Shown one piece after another: positions 20,312 to 30,790 of a stretch of 64,000 bases of DNA. Under the pieces are notes generated by a model. That model was not told the origin of the DNA, searched no databases, and saw only the letters and a program-made list of their open reading frames with translations. Position 1 is the first letter of the stretch. Every line of letters begins with the position of its first letter. Source of the DNA: an uncultured Eubacteriales bacterium (GTDB taxonomy: Bacteria > Bacillota > Clostridia > Christensenellales > UBA1242). The position numbers and the translations under genes are program-made. Location of the stretch: the NCBI GenBank assembly GCA_949283525.1, contig CASDSK010000043.1, positions 1,113-65,112 of the forward strand. Reading direction: 5' to 3'.

Positions 20312-20776
20312 ATGTATTTCAAAGTTTTAAAAAATGTAAAAATAGACGAGTGCTTACAAATTTTTATAGACAATAACTACAATTTTGTATTTGACAAAAA
20401 TTGCTTATCAAATAATACTTTTATTAAATATGTTTGCACATTAAATAATCAAGTTGTTGGTTATGCTGTTGTTTACCCTTATAATGATTTTATAAAAAAA
20501 GAAAATTTTAATTGTAACTATATTGCTGAAAAAAATTCAATATATATTTGGCACATAATTACACATAAAAAATTTCGTAACAAAGGTATTGCTAAACTTC
20601 TGTATGATAGCATTTTCAAAGATTACGATAAATTTAATATTTATTGCGTAGTTGATAAAGATAATATACCTTCATTAAACTTACATACTAAATTACATTT
20701 TCAAACTGTAGATACTTTTAGTCAATTTTTTCATAATAAATTAACTAAATTTTATCTATTAAAACATAAAAAATAA
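20312..20776 (+). CDS. GNAT family N-acetyltransferase
   Basis: 154 aa. Acetyl-CoA motif KKFRNKGIAKLLY. Confidence 0.65.
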   Translation: MYFKVLKNVKIDECLQIFIDNNYNFVFDKNCLSNNTFIKYVCTLNNQVVGYAVVYPYNDFIKKENFNCNYIAEKNSIYIWHIITHKKFRNKGIAKLLYDSIFKDYDKFNIYCVVDKDNIPSLNLHTKLHFQTVDTFSQFFHNKLTKFYLLKHKK

Positions 20777-20797
20777 CTTAAACAATTTAAGTTATTT

Positions 20798-21475
20798 TTA
20801 TTTGTTTTTATCTTCGAATACACTGTATTGATTTTCATTTACTAATTGAGTTGGATTAAATATTGTATATGTATTTCCGTCTGGAGATTTAAAAAATTGT
20901 CTTTTGACTTGAAAAGGTCTAGATTTATAATCGCATTCTATCACACAAGTTGGGCTCACATTTAACATTCTAGTATTCACTACCTTATCAAATTCACTGT
21001 GCAAAACATTTTTTATTGCATTGTCTACGCTTAATTTATAGATAACATTAACAGAGTTTATTATTTTATTATTTTTAGCCAAAAATATTTCGTTTTTGAA
21101 AATAGCATTTTCTTTTGGGGATATAAGTCTTATTTTGTTATCAAATAAATATACTACATCTAATCCTACAATAGATATGTTATTACAATTACAAATTATT
21201 ATTTTAGCCTTATCTAGATTAGCAAGAACATCATAATTGCCTTTTTTCATTAATTGTTGCTTTATAAAATCATTATCAACTTTTTGAGAGTTTTCTCCAT
21301 TTATGACTACAATTGGACTTAATATAAAACTATTCAATTCATTTATAGAATATTTCTCTACTAACTTCATTGCTAAAAACTTAGCATCATCTATTGGAAG
21401 AATTTCTTTAAAATTATCTATAAGTGTCTGTCGATAAAATTCTTTATTTTTTGTCCTATTTAATAAATTTATCAC
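20798..21475 (-). CDS. hypothetical protein
   Basis: 225-aa ORF with no motif I recognise. Confidence 0.4.
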   Translation of the reverse strand: MINLLNRTKNKEFYRQTLIDNFKEILPIDDAKFLAMKLVEKYSINELNSFILSPIVVINGENSQKVDNDFIKQQLMKKGNYDVLANLDKAKIIICNCNNISIVGLDVVYLFDNKIRLISPKENAIFKNEIFLAKNNKIINSVNVIYKLSVDNAIKNVLHSEFDKVVNTRMLNVSPTCVIECDYKSRPFQVKRQFFKSPDGNTYTIFNPTQLVNENQYSVFEDKNK

Positions 21476-21649
21476 TTAATCACCTTTTTCTTGGATTATT
21501 TTAGCATATTTTATATGTGTTGTCAATACTAAATTTTTTTATTATTAATAATATATTAGAAAAACTAATAATTAATTATACTTTTTTACATAAAAATTGT
21601 TAAATTAAAATATTTCCAAAATTAAGTATAAATTTAAGGATATAACATA

Positions 21650-22289
21650 TTAAATACCATTAACCATTTCTAATTTGTCATTTGTTAATTTATAAAATCT
21701 ATCACAAACTTCTTTAAGAAAAGTTCTATCGTGAGAAACTGCAATGATAGTCCCATTATATTTAATTAATGCTTCTCTTAACGCAGGATTAGTCATAGGA
21801 CTTAGATTTCGTGTAGGTTCATCTAAGATTAAAATATCATAATCTTTTATAATTAGTTTTATTAATTGAATTTTAATTCTTTCTCCACCAGATAATTCAT
21901 TAATGTTTCTTAATAATAACTCTTCAAAGTTAAGTTTGAATTTAGAAAAATTCTCACTAATAACGCTATAAAGCAAATAATTATCATAATTAGGTTCATC
22001 CAAAGGTGTTTCTCTTAGAAAGTAATCTTCTACCATCAACTTTTCCCATTTTTCATCCATAAACTGAGGTAGATACCCTACTGATTGATTATTTAAGTTA
22101 ATATCACCAATTACTTTAATTTTTCTTTGTAAATCTTTTTCATTTGCTAAAACTTTCAAAAATATTGACTTACCATTCCCTTCTTCACCAATAACGGCAA
22201 TTTTATCACCTTTGTCAATACTAAAATTTAAATTTTCTATAATTTTTCTACCAGATATTAATTCTATAGTAACATTTAAATTGCAACAT
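21650..22289 (-). pseudogene. single-NBD ABC-F-like ATPase remnant with a +1 frameshift at codon 5
   Basis: The ATG at 22289 (GGAGG RBS) reads MLQFK and then hits TAG. Skipping one A in the TTTAAAT run gives MLQF-NVTIELISGRKIIENLNFSIDKGDKIAVIGEEGNGKS (Walker A), which joins the track ORF (LSGGERIKIQL, ILILDEPT, SHDRTFL). Only one nucleotide-binding domain is present and nothing follows it. Confidence 0.55.
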
Positions 22290-22332
22290 AATTTACCTCC
22301 TTAAAAAACGGCAATTATGTAGCCTTTTGCTT

Positions 22333-22557
22333 AAAAAAACATCACTTTATATAGTGATGCCGACTTAATATTAAATAATATTCTTCTTTTAATATAAAAA
22401 ATACCTAATAATAACGCAAAAGCATTTCACTACACAAAAGCCTAATTTGTCAAAAAGGCCAATGTGTAACCTTTTTGAATAAGTTAGAAATTTGTTAAAA
22501 TGCTCATTTGCGTCACCTTCATTAATTTATGGTATCATATATTATTAATTTTGTCAA
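22333..22557 (-). promoter_or_regulatory. attenuator-type leader of the ABC gene: promoter, 7-codon uORF, terminator hairpin
   Basis: Minus strand: TTGACA (22552-22557). GAAGGTG-N6-ATG uORF MSILTNF* (22484-22507). Hairpin AAAAAGG/CCTTTTT. Then CATCACT-ATATAA-AGTGATG plus T7 (22333-22359), about 40 nt before the ABC RBS. Confidence 0.45.
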
Positions 22558-22759
22558 TATCTTTCTAAATAAAATATAAATGCTTATAAAAAATATTTTA
22601 ATATTTTAAATATATATAACTATTTTAAATATTAACATATTAAATTTAATTTATTTATGTTTTTTAACTAAATTTAAGCATCAATAAATTTCATTTAATC
22701 CAATTTCATCTAAATAACTTCAATTAAAGTTTAAAACAAAAATATATAGATTGTAAGTA

Positions 22760-22783
22760 AAAAAGATTATGCGTAAGCATAAC
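22760..22783 (-). terminator. terminator after rubrerythrin
   Basis: Minus strand: GGTTATGC-TTAC-GCATAATC followed by T6. Confidence 0.55.
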
Positions 22784-22790
22784 CTTAAAA

Positions 22791-23324
22791 TTAAAAATTA
22801 TCTTTAGCCACTTCAAAAAACGATTGTGGATGGCTACATACAGGGCAAACTTCAGGTGCAACCTTTGAATAAGTTCTATACCCACAATTTCTACAAATCC
22901 AAAGAGTTTCTTCTTTTTTCTCAAATACTTCTTCGTTTTCTAAGTTTTGAAGCAATTTAGCATATCTTTTTTCGTGATCTTCTTCTATTTTAGCAACGCC
23001 TTCAAATAATTTAGCGATGTCTTCAAAGCCTTCTTCTCTAGCCGTAATAGCAAAATTTTTGTACATATCTGTCAATTCATAATTTTCGCCATTAGCAGCA
23101 TCTTTCAAATTCTCTTTAGTTGAACCAATGCCTTGAACTAATTTAAACCAAATTTTAGCGTGTTCTTTCTCATTGTTAGCAGTTTCTTCAAATATTGCTG
23201 CAATTTGCTCGTAACCTTCTTTCTTCGCTTTACTAGCATAATAATTATATTTATTTCTTGCTTGACTTTCGCCAGCAAATGCTGTCCATAAATTTTGTTC
23301 TGTTTTACTTCCTTTTAGTTCCAT
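22791..23324 (-). CDS. rbr: rubrerythrin
   Basis: Ferritin-like di-iron domain (EKEHAKIW, EEDHEKRY) plus a C-terminal rubredoxin-like CRNCGY...CPVCSHP. Confidence 0.9.
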   Translation of the reverse strand: MELKGSKTEQNLWTAFAGESQARNKYNYYASKAKKEGYEQIAAIFEETANNEKEHAKIWFKLVQGIGSTKENLKDAANGENYELTDMYKNFAITAREEGFEDIAKLFEGVAKIEEDHEKRYAKLLQNLENEEVFEKKEETLWICRNCGYRTYSKVAPEVCPVCSHPQSFFEVAKDNF

Positions 23325-23534
23325 AATTTCACTCCTTAATTAATCGATTGATTATAACATATTTAATTTTTTTATGCAAATATTTTTATAAACAATATAA
23401 ATTTTTTATACAATATTTAACAATAAATACCCAAGATGTCTATACCACATTTTAAATTTTTTCTACAATTGTATAACTTATAAATTCTGAAACAATAATT
23501 TATTTTTTACTACAAGGGAAAGACTTAAAAAATT

Positions 23535-24854
23535 TTAGTTATCATTTTTACCGCCGTCGTGCCTTTCTCTTTTGGGGTCTTTGGTGATTATATAGTCTTT
23601 TTCTTTGCCGTTATTTGACAAAACTAAATATTTTCTATCTTTGAGTGAGTTTGGTAAGTATTGTTGTTTAACATAGCCACCAAAATCGTGTGGATATTTG
23701 TATTGACTACTTTCTTCTTTTGGGGCATAAGTATGGTCTTTAAGATAAACAGGTATTTCGTCGTCTTTATTATTCATAATATCGTTTTGTGCTAATTCCA
23801 TTGCACGGTACACTGCATTTGATTTAGGTGCTAAACAGATGTACGCTGTGGCGTGGCATAGCGACAATTTGGCTTCTGGCATACCTATATTTTGTAATGC
23901 GTGCATAGCACTGACTGCGATTACGAGAGCATTACTATCTGCTAGTCCTACATCTTCGCTAGCGTGTGCGATAAGTCGTCTGGCGATTATCATAGGGTCA
24001 CAACCACTTTCTAACAATCTTATACAATAATAAATACCTGCGTCAGGGTCGCTTCCCCTAAGACTTTTACAAAAGGCACTTAATAGATTATAATACAAGT
24101 TTTCATCTAATGCCAAACTCTTTTTTTGTAGACAATTAATTATTGTATTTTTGTCTATGTTGGTGTTATTGTTGTCATCGTAAGGAGTTGTAAGAACTGC
24201 TAATTCTAGTGTATTAAGCATTGCTCTAACATCCCCGTCACAAGCGTTGAGTAAATATTCTCTAGCATCATTTGTTAATTTAACATTTTGTTCCTTTAAG
24301 CCTTTCTCACTATTAATTGCTCTATCCAATGCTTTATTAAGGTCTTGTTTCGTTAATTTCTTAAATTCATATACTATACAACGAGATAGAATAGCACGAG
24401 TTAGTGCTACATTTGGATTTTCTGTTGTAGAGCCTATAAAAACTATGCTACCGTCTTCTATACTTGCGAGTAAACTATCTAATTGTGCTTTATTAAATCT
24501 ATGACACTCATCAAGTAATAGATATGTCCTTCTGCCATACAAATTCATTGCGTCTTTGGCTTTTTTGATAACGTCTTTAACATCGCTAACGCCACAAGAA
24601 ATTGCATTTAATTTAGCAAATTCTCCACCACAAGTTTTGGATATTATATTTGCTAGAGTAGTTTTTCCACACCCTGTTGGTCCCCAAAATATCATACTTG
24701 TTAGTCTGTCGGCTTTAATTGCTCTCTCTAACGGCATCCCTTTTGATAAAATGTGCGATTGCCCAAAAAAATCTTCTAGTTTGTCTGGGCGCATTCTATC
24801 GGCAAGTGGAGAATAGTTTTTGCCACTTGAATTGATTGTAAATAAGTTATCCAT
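23535..24854 (-). CDS. rarA: replication-associated recombination protein A (MgsA/RarA AAA+ ATPase)
   Basis: MRPDKLEDFFGQ, Walker A GPTGCGKTT, LLDECHRFNK, and the MgsA C-terminal region DHTYAPKE...YKYPHD. Confidence 0.9.
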   Translation of the reverse strand: MDNLFTINSSGKNYSPLADRMRPDKLEDFFGQSHILSKGMPLERAIKADRLTSMIFWGPTGCGKTTLANIISKTCGGEFAKLNAISCGVSDVKDVIKKAKDAMNLYGRRTYLLLDECHRFNKAQLDSLLASIEDGSIVFIGSTTENPNVALTRAILSRCIVYEFKKLTKQDLNKALDRAINSEKGLKEQNVKLTNDAREYLLNACDGDVRAMLNTLELAVLTTPYDDNNNTNIDKNTIINCLQKKSLALDENLYYNLLSAFCKSLRGSDPDAGIYYCIRLLESGCDPMIIARRLIAHASEDVGLADSNALVIAVSAMHALQNIGMPEAKLSLCHATAYICLAPKSNAVYRAMELAQNDIMNNKDDEIPVYLKDHTYAPKEESSQYKYPHDFGGYVKQQYLPNSLKDRKYLVLSNNGKEKDYIITKDPKRERHDGGKNDN

Positions 24855-24919
24855 ACATTGTCCTTTATAGTATTATAACATATTTAAGACCTGTTTACAA
24901 CTTTTTTAGGTTTTCTTAA

Positions 24920-26953
24920 TTAATCAATTATTTTTAAATTCTTATCGATATTATTTAAATTATATGGTAAAAATAAATTTTCGTTAAGTTTTATGCCGTC
25001 TGTCTTAATCGTCTTTATTCTGTCGCCTACAACCCAAATATTAACAATTTTTGTGTTGTTTCTTAACTGAAAAACATTATTATACTTACATTTATTACTT
25101 TTGAACTTAAAAAGTCCATTTTGAAATTGTATTAGATACTCAAATATTAATTCATAATTAAATAATGTTGGTTCAAAATTATTAATGATTTCATCAAAAG
25201 TTTTGCAATGACTTAATCTAGTATAGATATGATTTAATTTATTGAATAGTGAATTTCTTATACCTACTAATTTTTCGTAAAATTGAGAAAATTGTAAGTG
25301 ATTTAATAGGTTTTTTGAGTGTAGATACAATAAAATTAAACTTTCTGGATTATTTGATTTTTGAGATTTATTATAACAATTTATTAAATTCAAAAAAATT
25401 TCATTTTTATATTTACTTATTAATCCTTTTGTATCAACTCCCAGCATATCGGCTTTGACTAAATAATAAAATGAAATAAATTGTGATATAAGTTTTTGAG
25501 CATCGTATAAATTAGTGAAAACATTATAAAAATTTTCATTAAGATAATATATTAATGCAAAACTTCTATACTGCATTATGCTATTCTCTACATCTTTTTG
25601 TAATAATTTATAATTAAAATTTTCTTGCCAAAAATTTATAAATAATATTTTTTCTTGATTTAATTGAGTTATTGCAAATAATGTTTGTAGATAATCTACT
25701 TTAATATGTTTATTCGCGACTATCAAAGCAATATCTTCTTTAATATTTAATATAGATTTATCAGTAAATCTAGTTTTTTTGCTAAAATTTAGAATAGTGT
25801 TATCTACTTGGTTTTGTAAAACGATACTATTGTTTTTGTAATAATAATTAAAGTATTTTGATGTATCAATTTGATAACTATTATCTTTAAGTAAATAAAT
25901 TTTTGTATAATTTTTGTAATCAAATAAACATTGAGGTAAATTATCAACATAACTTTTTTGTAATAAATTATCAAATACATTTATTGAATAATAAGTTTGC
26001 AAATAATTGTAAATATGCAGTTTATTACTATAATAATTTATATATGTTATATTTGAATTTTTGAAACAAATAATACGTTTATAAAAGCAAACAATTTTAA
26101 TGTCAAATTTATTTAAAATTTCGATATTCTCTAATATTTTTTTGTAATTTTTATATTCTTCATAATTAAATAGATTAACACAATAAATATTTTGTAAGCG
26201 TAAATTATAATTATTTAAAAATTTCTTAACATCTTCAAATAATTTATAATTTGTTAAAAAATCTCTACTTAACACTTTGTAAATAATTTGTGTGTAATAT
26301 TTTCTTTGCGTATAAAATCTTAATTTGTTAACACAATTTAAGGTAAAGAATTTCAATTTAAAACTACAACTTATTTGACGATTTAATTGCGTGTCTATGC
26401 CTATAGTTTTTTGCTTTCCACAATTTTTTATTATAAAATTGCCTTTTATTTGAGTAAAAACCTTATTGTTCATTATATTTTGCACATTGCAATAGCACTT
26501 AACATTAATTTTAGATTTAATTAAATTAATTATTTTATAATTAATTCTAAATTCATTATCTATTGTTATTATAAATAATACATTTTGCATTTTGTATTCA
26601 CAGCATAGATGACTTTTTTTGTAATAAAATTCACTAAAGTTTACAGTTTGTTTATCATCTTCAACTTGTAAAATAAAGTTAAAATTAATCTTATTTGTTT
26701 GAATAAATATACTATCTTCGAACATTATTAAATTATTTTGTTTGTTATATAAATAGTTTAACTTGTAACGAAAGTTTTTGTTTTTTTGTACAAATTTATG
26801 TGTTTTAATGAAACACCCTTTTCTTTTTAAATTTTTTCTAACAAAATATTTATGTACAAAAAATTTTTGGCTAATATTGTTATTAAATTTATTTATGATT
26901 AATTCTACGATTATAAGGAAAATAATTGAAACTAATATATCATATAATATCAT
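24920..26953 (-). CDS. hypothetical membrane-anchored protein, extreme N/Y/K/F/I composition
   Basis: 677-aa ORF with an N-terminal hydrophobic helix ILVSIIFLIIVELII. No recognisable domain. Confidence 0.4.
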   Translation of the reverse strand: MILYDILVSIIFLIIVELIINKFNNNISQKFFVHKYFVRKNLKRKGCFIKTHKFVQKNKNFRYKLNYLYNKQNNLIMFEDSIFIQTNKINFNFILQVEDDKQTVNFSEFYYKKSHLCCEYKMQNVLFIITIDNEFRINYKIINLIKSKINVKCYCNVQNIMNNKVFTQIKGNFIIKNCGKQKTIGIDTQLNRQISCSFKLKFFTLNCVNKLRFYTQRKYYTQIIYKVLSRDFLTNYKLFEDVKKFLNNYNLRLQNIYCVNLFNYEEYKNYKKILENIEILNKFDIKIVCFYKRIICFKNSNITYINYYSNKLHIYNYLQTYYSINVFDNLLQKSYVDNLPQCLFDYKNYTKIYLLKDNSYQIDTSKYFNYYYKNNSIVLQNQVDNTILNFSKKTRFTDKSILNIKEDIALIVANKHIKVDYLQTLFAITQLNQEKILFINFWQENFNYKLLQKDVENSIMQYRSFALIYYLNENFYNVFTNLYDAQKLISQFISFYYLVKADMLGVDTKGLISKYKNEIFLNLINCYNKSQKSNNPESLILLYLHSKNLLNHLQFSQFYEKLVGIRNSLFNKLNHIYTRLSHCKTFDEIINNFEPTLFNYELIFEYLIQFQNGLFKFKSNKCKYNNVFQLRNNTKIVNIWVVGDRIKTIKTDGIKLNENLFLPYNLNNIDKNLKIID

Positions 26954-27021
26954 ATTTTAAGTATTGACACTTTCACAAAAATTAAAAAAGTAATCACACA
27001 AATTGTGCAATTACTTCAAAT

Positions 27022-27906
27022 TTAATTTATAACTTCAACTTGATAAGTTAATGTTACATCATTCCCTTTATATTTTATAATAATATTATAAGTTCCAATT
27101 ATATCTTTATTATAATCACTAAAATCTATCTCGTATTCATTATTATCTATTAAATTCTTGGTGTTATCACCATAAATCTTATAAATTTGCGCATCACCTA
27201 AACTAAATTCTTCACCGACTAAAAATACAGTTCTTTGATTTGTAATTTGCAGTGCTTTAACTTCATCATAAGGATACACTACTTTAACTATAAATTCAAA
27301 AATTAGATTTTCTGGCTCGTATATTATTTTAACAGCATATTCGCCTTCTTCATTTTTGATGGCACTTGTATCTAATTTGTATTGACCTTTTGATAATTGT
27401 TTTGTTACATTATTTTTGCTCACAACTTGTACATTCATTTCATTAAACGAATAATCTATATTGTTAATTTCAAATACTGTATTATTATTTGTTACTACTA
27501 ATCTACTAGCAATAATTTGTATTTTTAGTACGTCATAAATTTGCGAGTTTTCTAAATAGACAATTTTCACATAATATTCACCTATATGTGAATTATTTAC
27601 TTCACTTAAGTCTATTAAATATTGGCTAGATTGCAACTCAGTTTTAACACTATTTTCTATACAAAAAACTTTCAAGTCATTAAAAACTATTTGTTCATTG
27701 ACTCCAAAAATATAGCAATCACTTTCTGCTTGTAATTTAATCACATTTTTAGGTTCTTGGCTATTATAAAAAAAAACTAAACTTAAGGCAGTTCCAATTA
27801 TAATAAAACAAAATATGCAACAATACAAAAATATTAATTTCTTATTTGTTGCTTTTATCTTTTTTGATAATTTTAACAAATTACTATCCTCGTTTGTATA
27901 ATTCAT
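27022..27906 (-). CDS. membrane-anchored protein with three Ig-like repeats
   Basis: N-terminal TM FLYCCIFCFIIIGTALSLVFF. Three ~75-aa repeats each end in a G-x-Y-x-[VI]-K-I-x-Y motif (GEYYVKIVY, GEYAVKIIY, GTYNIIIKY). Confidence 0.5.
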   Translation of the reverse strand: MNYTNEDSNLLKLSKKIKATNKKLIFLYCCIFCFIIIGTALSLVFFYNSQEPKNVIKLQAESDCYIFGVNEQIVFNDLKVFCIENSVKTELQSSQYLIDLSEVNNSHIGEYYVKIVYLENSQIYDVLKIQIIASRLVVTNNNTVFEINNIDYSFNEMNVQVVSKNNVTKQLSKGQYKLDTSAIKNEEGEYAVKIIYEPENLIFEFIVKVVYPYDEVKALQITNQRTVFLVGEEFSLGDAQIYKIYGDNTKNLIDNNEYEIDFSDYNKDIIGTYNIIIKYKGNDVTLTYQVEVIN

Positions 27907-27921
27907 TATTATTAGAAAAAT

Positions 27922-27997
27922 TGGGGCTAGTGGCGGGACTCGAACCCGCGATCTATTGATTACGAATCAATTGCTCTACCAACTGAGCCACACTAGC
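27922..27997 (-). tRNA. tRNA-Thr (anticodon CGT)
   Basis: Minus strand: GCTAGTG-TG-GCTC-AGTTGGTA-GAGC-A-ATTGA-TTCGTAA-TCAAT-AGATC-GCGGG-TTCGAGT-CCCGC-CACTAGC-CCCA. 76-nt cloverleaf. Confidence 0.85.
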
Positions 27998-28096
27998 GTC
28001 GTATATTGTGTATTTTAACATATTTTTTTTGATTATGCAATTATTTTATGTTAAAACACAAAAAAAAGCACATTAATTAAATTAATGTGTTAATGT

Positions 28097-29140
28097 CTAT
28101 TTGTTAATAATGTTGTATGCTTGTACCAAATTTGCAACATTTTGTGAAACATAGTCGTATGCAATGTACATAATTAGATTGTATTTTTCTCTTTGTTCAA
28201 CACTTAAATTAGACACGTAAACGCTTTCAGTTTCACTGCTTCTTCTCATTTTTTCAAAATCAAATTCTTGCATCGCTTTATAAAAAATTTCTTCTTGTTT
28301 TAAATAAAAATTATTACTATTATTAATTTTTTTGTAAACTTGCTTTGTAGTTGCATCATTAATTGTATCATTTGATAATGATAATAATTGACTAACCTCA
28401 TTTATTTCATCAATTAATTTTGTACTTTCCTCCCCTTTGACAGTAGAAGAAAATTCTAATTTGTCTATGTCAAAGTATTCTTTGGCTTCTAAATTGTATG
28501 AAATTTTTGATATTGAAAACAATTTATGATACAAAAACACTTTTAATTCATTAGTCGAAACAATATTTAGCCCGTCATAATTATAAAATTCTTTACCTAC
28601 ATTCCCAAAATAACTATCTACATATTGTGTTCCAAATGACAACATATTCTCAATAAAATATGAAAATTCTTTCACAAAATTTGTAAGATTACTAAATTGT
28701 ATATTATTTAATTCGCCATCTACATATCCAACAAATGAATTTTCAAACCTTTCTTTACTATTATTAAATTCATACAAACTATCTTTAAAATCTTGTAATT
28801 TATTATATATTTGTGTTCTATCTTTAACAGACCAATTTGCATCATTTATTTCATCAGTCGTGTTCACAAAAAATGTCAAACTATATTTTGATATTGGTAA
28901 AAAATAATTTGATATTAGTTTGGCTTTTTCGTTAGTAGTAATTAAATTATTTGCATCGTTACTAAATTTTATTTGAAAATCACCACTATCATCAAAATAC
29001 GTTGAGTATTCTGCTAGCATTGTTGAATATAATGCTTTAATTTCCGCCGTCGTGCGCTCTTTCTCACTACATCCAGAGAAAATTATTATTTGACAGACAA
29101 GTACTGAAACTATCAAAACTATACTAAAAATTTTACTCAT
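28097..29140 (-). CDS. hypothetical lipoprotein
   Basis: Signal peptide with lipobox IIFSGC. 347 aa. Its start overlaps the upstream gene by 4 nt. Confidence 0.5.
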   Translation of the reverse strand: MSKIFSIVLIVSVLVCQIIIFSGCSEKERTTAEIKALYSTMLAEYSTYFDDSGDFQIKFSNDANNLITTNEKAKLISNYFLPISKYSLTFFVNTTDEINDANWSVKDRTQIYNKLQDFKDSLYEFNNSKERFENSFVGYVDGELNNIQFSNLTNFVKEFSYFIENMLSFGTQYVDSYFGNVGKEFYNYDGLNIVSTNELKVFLYHKLFSISKISYNLEAKEYFDIDKLEFSSTVKGEESTKLIDEINEVSQLLSLSNDTINDATTKQVYKKINNSNNFYLKQEEIFYKAMQEFDFEKMRRSSETESVYVSNLSVEQREKYNLIMYIAYDYVSQNVANLVQAYNIINK

Positions 29141-30048
29141 ACTTCACCCTCCAAAAAGTTTAAAACTTTTGTTAGGCTATATGTTATTGCTTGGTCTGTT
29201 TGATTAGTTATATATTCTGTCTTATTATCAGCGTTTAATAACCCTATTATCAATTCTCTAGATAATAAATTATAATTTAAAATAAATTCTTGCATATCTT
29301 CGCTTGCTAATGTATTGTAACCATTTTTCTCACCTTGTTCAATAAGGCTTTCTACTCTCGTTAGATAATTTTCATATTTGCCAATGTTTTCATTTAAACT
29401 GTCATCATTTCCTACATTTTCATACATAGAACAAGCACTGGCAATTACTGAATGCATATCGCTTAAAACATATGCAATATCTTCAATTTTTGTACCATTA
29501 TACACATAAGTAACAACAAAATTATTTAAATCACCTATTAATTCACGCCCTACAATTTCCATTTCGTGCATAACGTTAATAAGTTTGATAATCAACCCAT
29601 TTTTGACTGTATTATCTACTTTATTTCGTGTAATATATTCATATAAATATCTTGCTTGATATGATACCCCGTCATCACCAAACGCTACGTTATTATAATT
29701 TTTTAATCTATTAAGTAAATTGTCTTGTACCTTACTATCCACTGTCGAAACATAATCAAGAAGTATTAAATCCTTCTCTATTTGATTTTTTATAGCCTCA
29801 ATTAATCTAAAATGCTGTTTTAATCTAAAACTTTCATCCAAAATTGTGTAAACATTACCATTATTTTCATCAATTATTTCTTTTGTAAAATAATCATAAT
29901 TTTTGTAACCATCATCTTTTGTTAAACTAATGTAATTGTCATAAAGCTTTTTGTTATCATCTGGTTTATTAATAACAAACCATACAATAGTGGTTACTAT
30001 CGCTATCAACACAATAACTACTATTATTCTAATAATATCTTTTGACAT
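29137..30048 (-). CDS. hypothetical N-terminally anchored protein
   Basis: TM IIRIIVVIVLIAIVTTIVWFVI. 303 aa. Paired with the lipoprotein gene through an ATGA overlap. Confidence 0.5.
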   Translation of the reverse strand: MSKDIIRIIVVIVLIAIVTTIVWFVINKPDDNKKLYDNYISLTKDDGYKNYDYFTKEIIDENNGNVYTILDESFRLKQHFRLIEAIKNQIEKDLILLDYVSTVDSKVQDNLLNRLKNYNNVAFGDDGVSYQARYLYEYITRNKVDNTVKNGLIIKLINVMHEMEIVGRELIGDLNNFVVTYVYNGTKIEDIAYVLSDMHSVIASACSMYENVGNDDSLNENIGKYENYLTRVESLIEQGEKNGYNTLASEDMQEFILNYNLLSRELIIGLLNADNKTEYITNQTDQAITYSLTKVLNFLEGEV

Positions 30049-30108
30049 TAATACTCCTTTTTTATAATTTTATCACAAAATGAACTTTTTTGTCAAGACT
30101 AATAATGA

Positions 30109-30744
30109 TTATTTATTCCCTTTTTTATAATTACAAATTTTCGATAATTCACAATTTTCACAATTAGGTTTAATTGCTTTGCAGAAATATCTACCGAATA
30201 ATACAAATCTTAAATGATTTTCGACTAAATTTTCATTTTTTAGTTGTAATACTAAATCTTTCTCTACTTGATATGGCGTTTTGGCATCACTTAAACCTAA
30301 CCTATGGCTGATTCTAAATACGTGGGTATCTACACCTAAATTATTTGCATTAAACAATTCGGCAGTAACTACATTAGCAGTTTTTCGTCCCACTCCTTTG
30401 ATGCTTTGTAATTTATCCACATCATTGGGGACTTCTCCACCAAATTTATCTAAAATTTCTTTGGCACAATTTATTATAACTTTCGACTTTGTTACATAAA
30501 AACCTAAAGGTCTAATTATTTCTTCTACTTCTTCTAACTTCGCAGTTGCTAGACTTTCTATAGTTTTATATTTTGTGAATAATAATGGCGTAACTAAATT
30601 CACCCTTTTGTCAGTACATTGTGCAGATAACATAACTGCAATCAATAATTGAAATGGCGTTTCATAATTTAATTCACACTGTGGATTAGGATAGAGTTTT
30701 TTGAGATAATCTAATATTAATTTTACATTCTTAGTTGATTGCAT
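30109..30744 (-). CDS. nth: endonuclease III
   Basis: HhH-GPD LQSIKGVGRKTANVV...VDTHVFR and a C-terminal 4Fe-4S cluster C-x6-C-x2-C-x5-C (CKAIKPNCENCELSKIC). The ATG at 30744 with a GGAG RBS is preferred over the longer track ORF. Confidence 0.9.
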   Translation of the reverse strand: MQSTKNVKLILDYLKKLYPNPQCELNYETPFQLLIAVMLSAQCTDKRVNLVTPLLFTKYKTIESLATAKLEEVEEIIRPLGFYVTKSKVIINCAKEILDKFGGEVPNDVDKLQSIKGVGRKTANVVTAELFNANNLGVDTHVFRISHRLGLSDAKTPYQVEKDLVLQLKNENLVENHLRFVLFGRYFCKAIKPNCENCELSKICNYKKGNK

Positions 30745-30790
30745 AATTACTCCAATAAGACTAAAATAGACCTTAATGTAAGGTCTATAG

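Noticed and set aside
22724-22924. 66-aa ORF overlapping the 3' end of rubrerythrin, and the 73-aa ORF 32863-33084 inside dnaJ
   Set aside because: Both are alternative-frame artefacts within strongly supported genes.
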